NCBI RefSeq assembly: GCF_964355755.1
Contig: NC_092678.1
Coordinates: 12,646,352-12,710,351 of the forward strand
Length of the DNA stretch: 64,000 nt
Direction: 5' to 3'
Origin: Antedon mediterranea
Taxonomy: Eukaryota; Animalia; Echinodermata
A program made the translations under genes and the position numbers. Position 1 is the stretch's first letter, and the number at the start of each line of letters is the position of its first letter. Positions 63,601-64,000 of this stretch are shown piece after piece. Under the pieces are notes generated by a model. That model saw only the letters and a program-made list of their open reading frames with translations. It ran no database searches and had not been told where the DNA came from.

Positions 63601-64000
63601 TGGCAACCAAGTTACTTGTGTTGTGCTTACATTATGCGATGCGTGCTAGTGGAAACCAAGTTACTTGTGTTGTGCTTACATCATGCAATGCGTGCTAGTG
63701 GAAACCAATTAGTTACTTGTGTTGTGCTTACATCATGCAATGCGTGCTAGTTGCAACCAAGTTACTTGTGTTGTGCTTACATCATGCGATGCGTGCTAGT
63801 GGCAACCAAGTTACTTGTGTTGTGCTTACATCATGCGATGCGTGCTAGTGGCAACCTAACTATAGTTTCTACTGCTGCACAAAATATTTACACAAATCTC
63901 AGAATTGTTATAATTGAATTTAGTTCTATTATAGTTGGTTTTTGTAAAGTGTATTATTGAGCTACATTTATTTTGTTATAAAAGAACTTTTCAAATCCTT
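35556..64000 (+). CDS. Plexin-like gene B (paralog of gene A; 3' part beyond the right edge; exon-9 donor non-canonical, so possibly impaired)
   Basis: Exons 35556-36605, 46242-46460, 46774-46902, 47190-47302, 47619-47736, 48058-48214, 48751-48847, 52271-52385, 52852-52986, 54611-54712, 56025-56112, 57468-57634, 59124-59296, 60358-60457, 61568-61707, 61863-62027, 62431-62518, 63095-63373. Phases are compatible, no in-frame stops were seen, and the domain order matches gene A. Confidence 0.85.
37649..38664 (+). pseudogene. Second full-length Sema exon copy (B2), frameshifted
   Basis: Own ATG and signal peptide (MTCSRILIVFLVCSVIFLTKC). A ~10-bp deletion near 37785 gives TAG at 37799-37801; the rest is open in another frame (ORF 37918-38703). 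The donor position reads CAA|CTACCG instead of GT. Confidence 0.85.
38703..38836 (-). mobile_element. Deu/Nin-type SINE fragment interrupted by the gypsy element (continues 44808-44837)
   Basis: Aligns to 3810-3980; ...GGTTC|element|GTTCTTTAAAGTGCACAC. Confidence 0.8.
38837..39279 (+). repeat. 5' LTR (443 bp)
   Basis: Direct repeat of 44357-44803; by eye 5 substitutions plus 3-bp and 1-bp indels. Confidence 0.95.
39285..39301 (+). promoter_or_regulatory. Primer binding site complementary to tRNA-Pro 3' end
   Basis: TGGGGGCTCGTCCGGGA, 5 nt after the 5' LTR. Confidence 0.9.
39388..43884 (+). pseudogene. gag-pol polyprotein, broken into three frames plus a late stop
   Basis: Gag (KYFQHFEKIA..WP..W; YELVPEAYRQRFR), Zn knuckle CYHCKKPGHVMSQC, PR (RDTCC, LLGNDL), IN (H-H-C-C; DCVGP, SDQG, ERFH), RT (DLLKGYWQV, MPFGLKNAP, YVDD), RH (DACDVGIG, EKEC, TDHNPL). 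Breaks at ~40125 and ~41812, TAG at 43822. Confidence 0.92.
43888..44069 (+). repeat. 30-bp tandem repeat x6 in the retroelement 3' UTR
   Basis: Unit TAAATATTATGAATGTAAYGCAAATGAAYA. Confidence 0.92.
44346..44356 (+). promoter_or_regulatory. Polypurine tract
   Basis: AAGGAGGAGAG immediately before the 3' LTR. Confidence 0.85.
44357..44803 (+). repeat. 3' LTR (447 bp)
   Basis: TG...CA ends, followed by TSD GTTC. Confidence 0.95.
44838..44913 (+). pseudogene. 3' end relic of another Sema exon copy (B3)
   Basis: ...GAT AAT GAT GTT CAT ACT CTA GGC TAT TCT GAA GAT GCT GAT TGC CCA CAA|GTATAT = DNDVHTLGYSEDADCPQ, matching the ends of B1/B2, with the GT donor intact. Confidence 0.8.
44928..45760 (-). 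mobile_element. CR1/L2-group LINE 3' fragment
   Basis: ORF 45071-45721: WDEHIDNIVKK, LYKALIRSDLEYCSSIW, ERIQR, YKQRLDELNLLPLSYRR, WNKLP; AATAAATAAAA tail. Confidence 0.88.
46242..46460 (+). CDS. Gene B exon 2
   Basis: SLSFTCADIQSLMCPPNDG...GTDNGQLIK; 219 bp. Confidence 0.85.
46774..46902 (+). CDS. Gene B exon 3
   Basis: AELTNKTSSRVYETITIDTG...LTAKK; 129 bp. Confidence 0.85.
47190..47302 (+). CDS. Gene B exon 4 (PSI-1)
   Basis: 113 bp, ...ADPYCGWCTLHK. Confidence 0.9.
47619..47736 (+). CDS. Gene B exon 5
   Basis: 118 bp, CTRFKECQQSLWL. Confidence 0.88.
48058..48214 (+). CDS. Gene B exon 6
   Basis: 157 bp, ISLTVEQLP...TCNSPP. Confidence 0.88.
48751..48847 (+). CDS. Gene B exon 7
   Basis: 97 bp, FTFFDCSAITS. 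Confidence 0.88.
49155..50495. mobile_element. Probable solo LTR (1341 bp)
   Basis: TGTCACA...TGTCACA (TG..CA) termini, 5-bp TSD ACATG, absent at the paralogous gene A site (~12075-12095), TATATAAA at ~49763. Confidence 0.72.
51769..52179. mobile_element. Short Helitron/Helentron-like interspersed repeat
   Basis: ACTAG start, CCTCCGCC..GGCGGAGG inverted motifs, TGACCTT repeats, (CA)n; absent from gene A. Confidence 0.45.
52271..52385 (+). CDS. Gene B exon 8 (PSI-2)
   Basis: 115 bp, CSECASSFTCDWC. Confidence 0.9.
52852..52986 (+). CDS. Gene B exon 9 (donor reads GG, not GT)
   Basis: 135 bp open, paralog of 6312-6446; boundary ACAAAG|GGAAAC. Confidence 0.7.
53118..53903 (+). mobile_element. 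Non-LTR retrotransposon 3' end
   Basis: CTICQSGEIENVQHFLFNC (C-terminal CCHC), T-rich 3' UTR, AATAAA + (TTA)n tail; absent from gene A. Confidence 0.7.
54611..54712 (+). CDS. Gene B exon 10
   Basis: 102 bp, INSYECELKIE. Confidence 0.86.
55238..55918. mobile_element. Fold-back MITE with TAT..ATA termini and 6-bp TSD (IS3EU-like)
   Basis: Long TIRs TATGGAACGCCGTTTACGCAAC.. containing 14-bp repeats; TSD GTTTCA; empty site in gene A (~4800); nested palindromic element 55478-55629. Confidence 0.82.
56025..56112 (+). CDS. Gene B exon 11
   Basis: 88 bp; appears identical to gene A exon 11. Confidence 0.85.
57468..57634 (+). CDS. Gene B exon 12 (PSI-3)
   Basis: 167 bp, TLYKCSVQRPDCSRC. Confidence 0.9.
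57735..58897 (+). mobile_element. Non-autonomous Helitron copy 4
   Basis: A|TC...CTAG|T; empty site without TSD in gene A (~2760). Confidence 0.85.
59124..59296 (+). CDS. Gene B exon 13
   Basis: 173 bp, TLPISV...GTDFGQ. Confidence 0.85.
59842..60180 (-). mobile_element. Deu/Nin-type SINE, near-identical to 3797-4150, 5' tip missing
   Basis: Direct alignment to the 3797-4150 copy; absent from the paralogous gene A intron (~1826). Confidence 0.85.
60358..60457 (+). CDS. Gene B exon 14
   Basis: 100 bp, VKCKAPVF. Confidence 0.85.
60660..61349. repeat. 19-bp repeats followed by nine 60-61-bp palindromic units
   Basis: Units start 60803, 60864, 60925, 60986, 61046, 61107, 61167, 61228, 61289; core AAGAGTGAAATT-AATGC-AATTTCACTCTT. 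Confidence 0.92.
61568..61707 (+). CDS. Gene B exon 15 (IPT)
   Basis: 140 bp, one codon longer than in gene A; SPRFGIQAGGTTLTF. Confidence 0.88.
61863..62027 (+). CDS. Gene B exon 16
   Basis: 165 bp, ...FTYTTNPTVTDFQPNKGIQA. Confidence 0.88.
62047..62395 (-). mobile_element. L2-like LINE 3' fragment, paralog of 1-358
   Basis: ..SSYKPKRTLRSS..LLRPIP..KYYRQR relic. Confidence 0.6.
62431..62518 (+). CDS. Gene B exon 17 (IPT)
   Basis: ttgcag|A GGT GGT CAA...; GGQTIRVTGTNFQYVQKA; phase 2-0; GTAAGC donor. Confidence 0.85.
63095..63373 (+). CDS. Gene B exon 18 (IPT, contains RSRR)
   Basis: 279 bp, NCITLSNEEMDCESP...RSRR...FSFDG...SVYPSPIY; AG/GT ends. Confidence 0.85.
63510..63857. repeat. 49-bp minisatellite x7
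   Basis: Unit AAGTTACTTGTGTTGTGCTTACATCATGCGATGCGTGCTAGTGGCAACC. Confidence 0.92.

Overview
AT-rich, intron-containing animal genomic DNA; an invertebrate deuterostome such as an echinoderm is my inference, not established. The window holds two closely related plexin-like genes in head-to-head (divergent) orientation. Gene A is on the minus strand (ATG at 17224, 16 coding exons traced down to 384, continuing past the left edge). Gene B is on the plus strand (ATG at 35556, 18 coding exons traced to 63373, continuing past the right edge). Both encode signal peptide-Sema-PSI-IPT-PSI-IPT-PSI-IPT repeats, and exons 2-16 match in phase and almost exactly in length. Gene B is preceded by four tandem copies or relics of the large signal-peptide+Sema exon in front of one shared set of downstream exons, resembling a variable-exon/constant-region layout. 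Gene B also has a GT>GG donor change at exon 9. The rest is dense with transposons: a full-length but disabled Gmr1-type Ty3/gypsy element (integrase before RT, tRNA-Pro PBS), two Academ-like relics (one with signs of aberrant transposition), four Helitron copies, hAT-, Harbinger- and IS3EU-like non-autonomous elements, Deu/Nin-type SINEs, LINE fragments, a BEL/Pao fragment, a probable solo LTR and minisatellites. All coordinates and comparisons were read by eye; no database search was run.
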